Assembly (NCBI GenBank): GCA_964106645.2
Contig: OZ067039.1
Strand: one strand, 5' to 3'
Source: Podarcis pityusensis
Lineage: Eukaryota
Length of the DNA: 64,000 bases
The position numbers and the translations under genes are program-made. Positions 26,060 through 38,900 of the stretch are shown here, one piece after another. Position 1 is the stretch's first letter; each line of letters opens with the position of its first letter. A model generated the notes under the pieces. That model did no database searches, was not told the DNA's origin, and was given only the letters and a program-made list of their open reading frames with translations.

Positions 26060-28634
26060 CTGAGAAAAGACAGAGTAGCATAGGATATTAGATTTTGAAG
26101 CGTGCTAGAGAACACAAGACCAGCAACATGCTAGAAAAGTCTTCCCTCCTTTTTCAGATGACTCTGGCCTGAAACCAGTATCAGCTGCAGCTTCTCAGCT
26201 GATGGGCCAGTTGAGAACGCAGGGAAGCGGTTGTCATCTGGAATGCCCTGGCCCCAGTTACCTTTTCTGCCACACAGGGAGTGAGTGTGAAAGACAGAAC
26301 AACAGAGCCATATTCCATCAGCAGCTGGAGTGGAAAGCTGCACCTAAAAGTTGCCTCCCCTTTGTGCCATCTCTTAGTGGAATTGCAAAAGTGAGTGCTT
26401 CTTGTTTTCTTGGCCTTTTGTTGAACTTAGGTTGCAAGGGCACATTTGGTTTGAGGGTTCTTTGGAAATTATCATTGCCCGCAATGCCCAAACATGGGCA
26501 AGTGTGGAGGGGGGGATGGTACATTTTACTGGGGCCTGGAGAACTACAAGGCTGCAACATCATTACTAGAAGGACAACTGAGGCTACGTTGCAGCCCAGA
26601 GAGACTGTGCTCATGCTGTTAAAAGGGAACTTGCAGTTTGAGGGAGAGATTTGTGCTTTTCCTATGTGACTTGCTCACTGAAGATCCATCAGTCTCAGAG
26701 TTCCTTCTGCAGAGGAAGGAAGGACGGAGAGTTGATGGGGAGGACAAAGCAGAATAGGGTTATTGATCCTAGGGCTAGAGGAAGTCAGTGCTACATGTAG
26801 GATTTGCATGCCCAAAATATATGTGAGTAAATGTCTACTTCATAAGTATCTTACAGATCTTCCTTAGAACTTTCCTTGTGAAACACCGCATCTCAAAAAA
26901 TCTACTTTGGGAAGAGTGTGTGTGACCTCTGCTTCTCTAACTAAATTAGATTTACAAAAAAAGCAGCCAACTTTTGGTGCAGTGTGTGTTGCCCTGGGCA
27001 AGAACATTAAGCTACCTAATTATTTTGTCTATTGTGTGCGAACTTGCAAGGTAAATTGACTTGGGTGAGATAATTCATGATTTCTCAATGAAAAAGGCCA
27101 GAAAAATAAATCTCTGAAGTGAATTGATCTATTTATGAAACATTTGCAGCTTGTTAGTCTTCTAAAAAAACCAAAAACATCAACAGGATAACAACTTCAT
27201 TACGATCAACCAAAAAGTTACAAAATAATCAGCAAGCTTCAAATAACTCTTCTGCTACCAACAATGGCAAATAGTGTGTATATATTTGGGCCTTAGTAAA
27301 AAGGTCCTAGTGTGGACCGCGCTCTGTCAGGCAGTTACCTCAGGTGGCAGGTGTGGGGTTATAAGAAGTGATGGAAAACAGAGTTATTTGTGCCACGCAG
27401 CCTGCCCTGCATCCCTAAATTAGCCTGCTGTCCTCTGACGCAACGAGGAATGCTGACCAATTACCAGTGTTGAAGTAAGAGTCAACTGCCAATCTGGCTG
27501 GCTTCTGTACATGGAATTGTTCTTTACCCCGGTCGGCCAAATGCCTTTGGCCAGCTCTGGCCATGGTAAAATTTCAGAGGTGGAAAGTTTAATTAAAATG
27601 GAAACTTTTCCTTGGTAACATGCTATTCTATGTATGGGTTGTGATCATAGTATGTATGTGGCAGAGGGTCTGCACTGCAAGTTTGTACTGGGCTCCCTAA
27701 AATAATGCTTGGACCATGATCCCTTTTCTTATTGCTGATAGCATGAGTGCTAATGTTGACCTCATTTCAGTCTCTTGTTTGGCTTGTAGCATGAGGATTG
27801 GTCTTTTTAGAATGTTCTGGATCTGGCTCATTTCCTGCATTTTTAAAAAAGAACCCTCAGATTGCTCTAAGCGGCTCTGAGGTTGTTGGTTTTTTTTTTT
27901 GCTATTTGCCTGTGCTCTGGTATGCTGACTGTGAGAGTAAGTTCACCAATGTACTGGGCATGTACATTGTGTACTTTTGGCTACCACTTAGGGGTGCTGA
28001 AGCTGTGTTCTGCTGGATGTTGTGAATTTTTATACTGTTCTATTAAGGAAATGGTGCTTATCCACAGGTTCCTGTATCTATTAAATTGATGGTTAGGTTA
28101 TTATGTACCAAATATTGTTATTTTGTATCAAATACTGTTATGTTTATTGTATTGACTGTCTGACATACTGTTTGGTATGTATTATTGATAGTGTGTTTTA
28201 ATTTTTATTGATGTTGCATTTTTATATATTGTTGCTATTATTTTTGTTTAACTTCGTTACGTTGTTCATTTGAAACTGCTCTGAGAATAATTTTTATGGA
28301 ATCACAGCATACATGTAAGTATGGTAATACTGATGACAGAGAATTCTTCTGGTGCTCTCTCTCTTCCAAACTTGGTTTCCTAGGCCCTCCTTTGTTCAGT
28401 GGTATGCTGCCTTCTCAGGAACCTTCTTTGACTCCTCTTTCTCTAGGGCACAATCAGCTCAGCCAGTGTCAGCCTTCTGCTTCCCCAGACCTTCTGTGAC
28501 CTTAGGAGAGCTCAGCCTATCACTGCTAGAAGCAAGGCTTCAAGCATCACTACCACCACACCCATCCCCTTAGTCTTACAGATCACATAATCACAGTGAG
28601 AAAAGTAGCTAGTGAAAAACTGCATTGCCCTTAC

Positions 28635-28769
28635 TCTTCCTTTTTCCACAAGGTTTGTAATCATGATGATAATTCCAGTGTTTTGCTCCCAAATCATTCT
28701 CCAGAAATCTTCAAATGTAGACTTTAAAGGTCCTTGGGTGGCAATGTAGGCTTTCGCTTTGTTGTAACC
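28635..28769 (-). CDS. PTPRG: PTPRG coding exon (~exon 19)
   Basis: [45 protein letters not shown]; donor gtaagg; 135 nt. Confidence 0.97.
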
Positions 28770-29002
28770 CTTCAAAGAAAACCATAAGGCAAAGCAAGAT
28801 AAAGTATCTGCATGGCAGTCATATTAATAATGTATATATTGCAGTGTGAGATGCCTTTCCTGCTGAACGTTTGAGGAGTCTGGAGCTAAAGTTAGTCAAC
28901 AGCAAAAAAAAAAATATAATAATTCTACAAGTACTAATGGTTTCTATTTCTTCTGTAGGACAGTGTTTCTCAAAAGAGAGATGAGAGCAAAAAACAACTT
29001 AC

Positions 29003-29085
29003 ATCAACATAATTGGCATTAATGTAGTCACTGTGCTTCGAGTCTTTTCCCGGCAAAGGTCTTAGCTTCACTCTACTGTGATCAT
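29003..29085 (-). CDS. PTPRG: PTPRG coding exon (~exon 18), DYINAN motif
   Basis: (Y)[27 protein letters not shown]; acceptor cctgaag, donor gtaagt; 83 nt. Confidence 0.97.
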
Positions 29086-29859
29086 CTTCAGGAAAGATAA
29101 CAAACAGGCACAAAACAGGAAAACATATTAGGAGATTAAAACTATGGATTTCTTAAAAGGACAATTCCCTAACCAGAAAACTAATAAGCACAACTCCCAT
29201 CAGCTCCAACTAGCATGGACGGCGAATGTCCAGGGCTGCTGGGAGTCCAACATCTGGAGGAAACCTTCATTGGCTCTTTTGGGGCTAAACCATTCTTTCC
29301 CTAAAGATTCTTTTTACTACTTATTAAATTTATATGCTGCCCTTCATTTGAAGATCACAAAACTTCTTCCATTCTCAACTGCACCAGTAAAATAATTTGC
29401 TGTCCAGAAAAAAAAAAGTGGCAGAAATGGTCAGCTAAGGGATCAAAAAGTTCTGGGTTTGTTTCTTTCCAGAGCACTTGGAAATGTGACAAACCCATTA
29501 GCAAGTTTGGGAGAGAATGGAACTAGCAAGGATTGTCAAATATGTAGTTCCCTCAAGTCGCTTTTCAGAGATTAGCATACCTAGATCAGACAGTAATTTA
29601 GGCTGAAACATTCAGCTGTGAAATCTTTAGGCAGGATTGCTACTTTCTAACCAAAAGCCAAAAGTATCTAATGTCAGACTGTCAATATCAGTCCTCTCAG
29701 AAAGCATACCTAACAGGGGTATCTTGTCCCTTGGATGAAAACAAACTTTTGTCACTCTAACTAACCTCATGCTAGGCAGACAGGCATTCTTACGCCAGTA
29801 CTGTAGTATAAAGTGGACACTTTTTGTTACTGTTGTCTCTTAAGGCCTTTACTACTCAC

Positions 29860-29956
29860 ATGCTAAAATGTTGATGTATCTGTTTTTGTGCTTGTTGTCG
29901 GGGTGATTGGAATGTTCAGCGGTGATGTTCATGTCAGATGTACAACGCTGCACTTC
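29860..29956 (-). CDS. PTPRG: PTPRG coding exon (~exon 17), start of D1 (KNRY motif)
   Basis: [32 protein letters not shown](Y); acceptor aacag, donor gtgagt; 97 nt. Confidence 0.97.
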
Positions 29957-30466
29957 CTGTTAAGAAAACAATTACATTGAAAAAGGCAGATGAGTGCAAA
30001 ACATTTTGTCTGTCTCATTTTGCAAGCAGCTCATTCAGAACACATTGAAATGGTGGGTGTAATTGATTCTCTTCGCCCATGAGAATTCTTTCAGCATAAC
30101 ACTGCTTAAACATATCCTAGTTCTATTAAGGATATTGCCTGCTTCCCAGTATCTGATATAAGTCCATGGTGATTACAATTCATTGTGGTGCAACCCCCCA
30201 CCCACCCACCGCTTTCCCATCTATCTAGAACTCCCTTAATAGCAGCCAGAATGCGACACCAATGTGGTCACAGGCCTTTTGCTAGCCATTTGCCCAAGGC
30301 TTAATTCTAATTAGAGCACTTTCAGAAGCAGGAACAACATAGCCAAAATAGCAACTCTGCTCTTAAAAGGGTTCTGAGCAAGTTTTATGCCATATAGCAA
30401 CTCACAGTCATAACTCCCCAGGTCTGGTAGAGGAGTGAGTGCCTACCTAGGTAATACAAAGCAGTA

Positions 30467-30695
30467 CAGTAAGCCCACAACTTGTAGGGGGTTACATTCT
30501 GGGGAATCGCCCCTAGAGCTAAAAACGTAAATAGTCAAAACACATTGGGTGCAATGGCAAGTAGGATTGCAGAAGTCTTTTCCCCCAGTTGCCCGTCCAC
30601 TTTTTGACCCTTTTTAATTTTTGTAAAAAAAATGTTTGCCAAGCGTGTAAAGCTGAATGCACAAGGTTAAATGCACATAAGCTGCAGAGTGACTG
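30467..30695. mobile_element. Degenerate Tigger-like MITE
   Basis: TA-CAGT...ACTG-TA termini with imperfect TIR (cagtaagcccacaactt vs cagtcactctgcagctt). Confidence 0.5.
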
Positions 30696-33600
30696 TATTG
30701 AAGAAGTACTTGCAGTTTAGAACAGACTGAATTTACAGTGTTTCACAGGGGCCCAATGTGAACAAGGGTCCTAATGTATCATTAGAGTTCGTCACCAAAA
30801 TAGACAACCAAGGGGGTAAAGTGAAGTGAAAAATGCAAAATAATCAAAATCGGCACATCAACATAATTGAACCACCTTAATTGTGACAACTCAAATATAT
30901 ATAGTCACAGCAGGTGCAGTAATCTTCTAACAGTTTGACTTCACCTCCTCCATTGTCTCTAGACAGACAGATGCCAACACACACACACGTGTGTTGGTTT
31001 CATTTCCCCCCTTAAGATGTGAGTGATTTCTTGTTTATCACATTCCACATTGAAGCCAGTGTTTACTTTGTAGGTGCTGTCTGTCTTCAATGCTTTTTTG
31101 TAACTTTAAATAATAATTAAAATATGTTAACGTTTTGATATTAAATAATATCAAAAAGTGTTAAGTTGGACAACACAGTGATTACACAGTCCTATGTTCC
31201 TCTTAGTCAGAAATGTCAATTCTGCCGTTTATTTTAAGTGTCCTAATTACATTTTAAAAATCTTTTTATAACAATGTAACATTGTTGCTTCTTTCTAGGG
31301 CATTTTCTCAATGTATTTAGCTGAATTTTATCCAAACGCTACTTCGGCAGGGTGCCGTGAGTGCCACCCGTTTCCCCTGTCCTCCCAAGGGTTACAAGAT
31401 GCCACACTGTTTCATACCCCAGGCTTCACGTGTTAATCAGGAGCATCCTAATAAGGGAAGTCATTAGTACAGCACAGCTGCTGCAATGATGGAGTAGGAG
31501 CTAAGTGACAGAGAAAATTATCACGAGAAATGTTAGTGAAACTGCAGATGTAGCCAGAGTGCAGGATTAATACAAAACTGTCATAAAGAAGTGACAAGCC
31601 AATTCATTGCCCTCCCTCCTATCTAGCCCCAAAACATTTACATTTTTTGGAAATCCAAAATATCACAAGTCCAAATATAATTAGAGGCATTTAGACTCAT
31701 AAAGCAGTGGCATTTGCTTTTTTATGGTAAGCAAATCACCATAGTTGTCCAGAAGAAATAAAGAACAAACAAAGAAGCTGAACGGGGTATCAGGTCTAAT
31801 CCTTACATGGAATAATTGACACTAATGTCACTGATTATGTATTCTAGAACAGTGTTTTCACACCAGTAGCTCAGCAGAGAAAGGATTCAGTGATTTAATC
31901 CAAAGGATATTTTTAATTATCAACCATTAATCACTGTGCTGTTTCACTACCCTCCCACTTTTTACATGGTTCTGTAAGGTCTGCAGATTCTGATGATGAT
32001 GCAATCATCATCAGAAAGAGCACCATCAAAAGAGCACCATCAAATGTGTGTGACACAGCAGGAGTAACCAACACAGTGCCATCCGGATGTTGGACTACAA
32101 CTCCCATTATCCTCAGAAGCTGGGGTTGATGGGAGTGCTGTTTAACAACATCTGGAGGGCACCACATTGGCTACTCTGCTTTATAGACTTAAAATGAAAG
32201 TCTCCAGTACAATTTAATGACATTCTATAAAAAAATAGTGATCCAACTTTATCTTAGCGTGTACTGTAGAAGAAAAATGAATGAAGCCAGTGAGGATTCA
32301 AACTTGCTGTAAAAAACACACGCTAGCATATCAGAAATAGAATTCAGTCCCTGTTATTGAATGACCTACAATAAATTTACATAATGCACATAAATTGGAT
32401 CAGTTGCCATTACATCTTGAAGGACCTTTCAGGTGGGACTGGTTTCTAAGGTCAGTAACTTTAATTAACCTTACTGATGCTTAGGGTTTATGGTTTTGTC
32501 CGCTGTACTGCAGCCTCAGTTCAGTGGCAGATTTATATATATGTGCAGTGTGCACAGAATTGCCCCATGCAGATGAGGACCCTGCAAGTTATCAGTATAC
32601 ATTGTTAACTGAGCCGATACCTCTGAAACGACTACAAAAAGTGAACAGTCATTGTTGAATTCTAGTAGCTTAGTTTGTTGCATTTCCCTCATTCTTCATT
32701 TCCCTACTCCTTGATTAAGGTCAGTTGAGGTTGGTTCATTAGAACGACCAGGGCTTAGTCCTATGAAGTTAAATGTCAAGCAATTTTTTAAAAAAGTTTT
32801 CCTCAGAAGCTCAAAGCTATACATTTTCCTGTCCCATACATCTTTCCACAATCCATTCGTATGTAGAAGGATAAGGGAGACATTTCTGCCAATCTCCCAT
32901 TCTTTGGTTAATCAGTTTTCTGCACCACTCAGTCAATCTGAGTCCAAAAGTTTTGCTATGGCTTGGAAATTCCACCCGCCTGTCTCCAATACAGGTAAAG
33001 AGACCATTGCTATCAAGCAAGCAGTACCCAGAAGGGTCAGAGGAAAAAAGGCGGGAAACTGCGGCAGAACATCAAGGAGTGCAATACTTGACCCATCAAG
33101 CATTAGCATACCCACTGAATGTGAAGCTGGAATCGCTGGCTGCTTTACACCAGTCCAAGACTGACCAGATGAAACAGGAGAGTACAACACTGATGGTCCC
33201 ACTGGTTGGTTATCATGGCCCATCAGGATGAGAAGCATGTGGAGAAAACCTCTGCTCAATGTAGCTGAGGGAAAAGGATAAAAATGGCACTCCTGCTTGT
33301 TGTGGTTCTGGGCAGGATGTGCCAACTCTCCACTACTACAACCATCTTCCTCAAGTCAAAGAGGTAATTCAGTAGCCAAGGGGTGGTCCCCAATAACCTG
33401 GAGATCCTACCCCCACCATTCCCTACCATACAAAGGAACAGAGGAAAGGAACAGCACAGATCAAGGGAGGGAAGGAGAAAAATACATACACTGACAGGAA
33501 AAAGCAGCAAGACAGGAGAGGAGGATGCTCAAAACTAAACACTTGTAGTACAAAGAGGAAACAACCTGGGGGGAAGAGTGATTTTGAGAAGAGAAACAGG

Positions 33601-35957
33601 CTGAAAGCATTAGCTCTCACCGCCAACAGGTAGGCTTGGTCAGATGAGAGGGCTGACTTCTCCAGCTTAAGAAGAGTCAAAAGGCTTGAGAAGACCCTGC
33701 CTGATCCCTCTAGTAGATGTCATACCACTCTAGGAATGCCTTCCATTTGGATCTGACAAAGTTAGGAAAGTTGCTTCTTCACTTTGAGCTGCTGTTTCAT
33801 TTATAGATGATTTGGGCCAACTCACAATAAGCTTATATCCTCGTTCAGAAGATATGAGTCAGGTGCTAGGTCACATATTAAAATTACATTTGTGAGCTTT
33901 CAGGAAATAACCAGGAGAAGGGAACTAGCAAATACTCTTGGTTGGCTGGCTTATGTTTGAGTAAGAACTGTATGCATTCTAGAAACATGAAAGTGCTTGC
34001 ATTGTCATACAACCTGAATCTATGTCTTGGCTTGCTTTCCTATGTGTTTGTTCTTACATAAGGAGGGAATCCTTATGGTGCTCGCTTAGCAACTACAGCT
34101 CAGACCCTAAGGAACCAGGTACCCCTTTTATATCTGTCCTGACACAAACATTTTAAGATGTCACATCAAGCAGAAACATGCCATGTTTATTTAAACTTTC
34201 ACAAATTTAAATAATTGGAATAAATACAACAGAAATCACAATCCAGTGGATTTTGCATTTTGGATTTAAGACTCAAAGGTTTTTATATATTTTTAAAATG
34301 GAAGCTGCACTGCAGGTGGTTTAAAATGTTAGCTGTGCTCTAGCTTAGGTAAAAGCAGGAGTAGTTAACCTGTGACTCCAGATGATGCTGAACTTCCATC
34401 ATCCCTGGGCACTGGCCACACTGGCCTGAGCTGATAGAAGACACAGTTCAGCAACATTTGGAGGACCACAGGCTGAGCCACCCCTGGTTTAAAGCCAGTA
34501 TCTAAGGAGATTACATTTAGTTATATATTTAGTAATATTTATATACCATTTGATCAGCAAAAATGTCTAAGCAGGTTACATTACCATGTGCTGTGATTAC
34601 CTTACTAATTCTTAAAAATATATAGAAATATTCCCATTGTCCCAAATTTCTAACAGTTCAAATGCAGGACCACTGGAGTATAAAGCAACAATGGATTGTC
34701 TATTTTAGGATTCTGAAGGGAAAGCTTTCTGGCAGGACTGCACTAGATCATTCTTTTTCCTTATTCAATTTTTTTGTCTCACTGGTTCATATGACATTCT
34801 CAGCGTTTAACTTCCCAAAACGCTAATTTTGTTTAAAGATGAACAGTTACGGTTCTTATTATTTTGTCCACTGGAATGTATTGTCGGCAACTCTGGAATC
34901 CAACACACTTGGTTTTAATCAACCTTTAGTCACAGTTAAAACTCTTCTGTGTCATTATGGCTAATTTAGCTTTTAATTATATTGTCCGTGCTACCACTGA
35001 TTGGGATTTAATACATCCAGGTTTAATGACTCATTCATTTTCAGTGTCCCTCTGAAACAAGTTGCTGATTAGTTTTATAAACTTCAAATATTCTTTTGCT
35101 AAATTTATGTGTAAAATCCAATTGCTACACGTCTGATAATCCAACATAATGAGCTAGAAATTGCTCCGGAATGGCTGATTGCATAGACATTCTGATATAA
35201 CTTCAGACAAGTGAACAAGTTACGACCCTGAGAGCAACATCATAATATGGTTTCCCTGTCAATTGAAAAGAACTCTGAGACAAAAAAAATAAAAAAATTA
35301 AGCAGTAAAATCTATACTTGTAAGAACATGCAAATGCTTCCCTCTCCAATTTGTAGCTATGCAACAAGGTTCTGTTTGCTTCCTTGTGCACTGAACTGTA
35401 GAAAGGCTATTTGGAAATTTCAGAAACCACTCAATAAATAGATGCAAAGTGCAACAGTCTCTTCTACAGGCCTCTGTGGCCCAGCAAGACCTAATTCAAA
35501 CTAAAGCCAAGCTTGTAAAGCTGCAACAAATTTAATGGCAAAGCAAAGAAAGGGTTGGGGCTAAACTAGGGTGGATTAGCAAAAGTAATCACGCCCAGCC
35601 CAGGTGTGAGCTAGCTTCTCATAGGGCTTTATTTTCTGTCTGATACCTAGGGACAATTGTAGCTCTGTACAGGTGCTACAAATCCTGGAAGTAAAAGTGT
35701 GAGAGGTGTGTGAGAGTGCCCTCCCCCATCACTGTTTTTCTTGCCTTCCAATGTGTGGAGGGTGGCTGACTGCAGCAGGGAGTTTCTTATATCTATGGAG
35801 GCTTCTTGCATGTTTTGGGAAATTGGGGTTTCCAAACGCCCAGGAAGCAGCCATGAATACAAAAAGCTCCCTGCTGTAGACAGTTGCCTCTCCTAAGTTG
35901 GTAGGCAATGGAAACCATGCTGGAGGGAGGGCAAAACTGGCACACTTGCCCTTTCTG

Positions 35958-35959
<2 letters not shown>

Positions 35960-35989
<30 letters not shown>
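35960..35989. repeat. (CA)n microsatellite
   Basis: About 15 units; another (CA)n at 14971-15006. Confidence 0.95.
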
Positions 35990-35992
<3 letters not shown>

Positions 35993-38900
35993 TCTTTTCC
36001 AGAATTTGTAACACCTCCATCGTGTCTGTAGAAAATAAGACAACAATGACTCTACAATGGAAGTAGCAAGTGAGTGCAGTTGGAATAATGTTACAGCTAA
36101 GCAAACTGGGTTTGGGAGAGTGCGAATGATGAAGATGGGTAAGGGTATTTAATGACATCCACACCTTGGTGGATCCGACTGAAATCTGTTTTGTCCAGCC
36201 TATGTTTTCAGTAGAATACCATCCAGATGCCCTTGTGAAACAAACAGAGGGATAGATGGAGACAGTCCCCATCCCTTTGTACTCAACACCTCATAATCAG
36301 AGGTATACATCGTTTATAGATTCCATTTTAACAATAGCAGTTAAAAGTCTTCCATAAACTCATTTTTAAAATGAAGTTGTTTAATCTCTCAGCTTTATCA
36401 CATTCTTCCCTTACTACAATGTGGAGGAGATACTGATGCTAACTTACAGGGATGTTGCAAGGAGTGCTGAGATAATGTATGTGAAGGCTTTTTAATGGTC
36501 TGAAGCAGGGGTAGGGCACCTAGTGCCCTCCAAAGGTTGCTGTACTGCCACTGTCTTATCCTTGACCTTTGGCTGGGCTGGCTGGGGCTGATGGGAGTTG
36601 AAGTTCAACAACATCGAGAGTGTTAGAGGTTTTCCAACTCTTTTCTGAAGCACTATGGGCATGCTTATGAGCAGCATTATCTTTTAGCTACCACTCTTTG
36701 GGGATAATCTGTAAGGATCCTGGTATTATTTTTTAAATAGAAATTAGTGAACCATAAAACTATTGCTCCTATGGAAGCTATCAAGTGCAGAATTCTTCCA
36801 CCAGATTTTGTGGACTTATGGCTGTTTTCTTAGCATTTTGGGGGGAAAGAAATTGATGTTTTTTGAATGTATGTCGGGGGATAGCTGCATTGCTTGTTTT
36901 TGGGTCAAATTCCAAGTTGGGGGCTGGATCACAACCCTTGTTTTTCCACAGGCAACAGACAAGGCTTGGGAGATTATATTCACCGCTGCTAATCTTTCTA
37001 GCAGCAAAGATGCCCAACCCACTAATGAATTTGAGGCAAACAAAATTGTATGGGTTCCAAAATCCAATACATATTATGCCATTATAAACATTCCATGCCA
37101 GCACTTTGGGGATTTCCTTGCTTAATCCTCTTTCATGAGACGTGAAGGACAGAACTAAGAACAACCTCCTCCTCCCAATATGCAAGTAAAAGCCTGCTTA
37201 AAGTTCCCAAAGGGGAAGATGGGGAGAGGGATCTACATTCAGAGGGTTGAAGAGTCTTCTTACATTTAAACTCCCTAATGGCATGATTGCCCAAATCCTC
37301 TACAAGGTTGCCAAAATGCAGGCAGAAAAGATAACTTCTAAGTTAGAGAGCAGGAGAAGCAGTGGAGCCCCAAATAAAGACAAACATTCTACCACTACAC
37401 TGTTAAGTTTTAAGCTTTTGAGAGTAAATATAGGACACAGAACATTCTATAGTGCTTTTTCTTCTTGTATCACGCTTTATGAGGAAGAAGGAGAAATCTG
37501 CCAAATGATCCCAAGAGGAGACACAAGTTTGCATGATTGTACAACCATCCATGCCATGTTTTTTTCCTTCCAATTTCCTCCTTTTTTCCTATTTCAGTCC
37601 TGAACACCAACCCCTTAATTTTTGTTTAAGGGGGTTTCCATGTAGGCAACTTATAAAGCACAGATCTACTATAGCCCAGTTCCAGCACTCCGTGCCTAAA
37701 TCAATGTCCCAGAGATGTCATCAGACTTGATGAAGATATGTGAATAGGGGTAGACAGAAAGGTTATCAGTGGTTCTTGTCATCTGATTTCCAAGGCAATT
37801 ATTATGGGAGGGCATATACAGACAAGAATTCCATCTAAGGGGGAAAGCACCTAAGCTCATCATGGTGGACTTTAACAATCAGGCGAGGTGTCTTAAGGTT
37901 ATTTTGCAAAGAGAGTTTGAATGAGAATAGCTCTGTGCTATAATGCATTACCAAGCCTCATCTATTGCTGACAGAACTACTGTTCTGGACTGAGGTAAGG
38001 TATCGCTTGTCATGTCCCACATTGTCCTGGCAGAGCCAGCCCAGAATTGGGCAGAACTTCAGAAAAAGTACAGGTATCTGTTGCTGGTCCTAGTTCTCAT
38101 GGGGTCAAAGAGAAGTCAGCAGATATGAATAACCATTCCAAGACCACCTTCATGGAAGGTACTTCACTTAATAAGGTGGCAGGTTTGGAGGAAACAATGC
38201 AACTTGACTGATATACTCCTCCCTCCCCCGAGAATAGCTCCAACAAGATCACACCCATGATGAAAGATGGCAGCATGTCTGAGCAGAAACCCAGAACTGG
38301 AGGTGCAGTGCTCATCCGGCAGGATGAAGTCAACTATCCCTGAGAGCCACCCATGAAGTAGGATCCAGATTCCTCACATGTACAATATCAGGGTCTGATA
38401 TCAGGCCAGGAAAGGGTGGGAGAGAAACGCCAGCTATGAAGCTACTCATTTGGGGCTACCCAGCACTGAAGCAACATCTAAGCTTCCTGTGTTCTGCATT
38501 ACTCCTTAATGGACAGACTCCCTACTACCTTGGGCAACCTGATCTCTGACTTTTTATACATGTCCCCTTGACAACTTGAATATCGAAGGAAGGGGAAATT
38601 CACAGCCGATTTTCAAGTGTGACTTTTCCAAGAGGGGTTACCTTGGTGAGAAGCAATTAGGAATGTGGCAAAGGTATAGAAATCAGATGGTGTCCCATGT
38701 CTGTCATGGGGAAGCCTAAAAATAGTGGCCTATATGAAGGACAGCTAACAATTCCCAGCAGCCCTAGCCAGTACGGCCAATGATCAGGAATGATGGGAGT
38801 TGTAGCACAACAACATATGGAGGGCACCACATTGGCTTTTGCAAATCCCTTATGGGTTCATTCCACATATACTTTGTGGGAGTGAAGAGATTTTGACTTT

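Noticed and set aside
32763-33700. Cluster of overlapping 85-133 aa ORFs
   Set aside because: No recognisable motifs or phase-compatible splice sites; probably decayed repeat sequence of a family I cannot identify
36763-37185. Overlapping 120-134 aa ORFs on both strands
   Set aside because: No convincing homology; possibly an old LINE remnant
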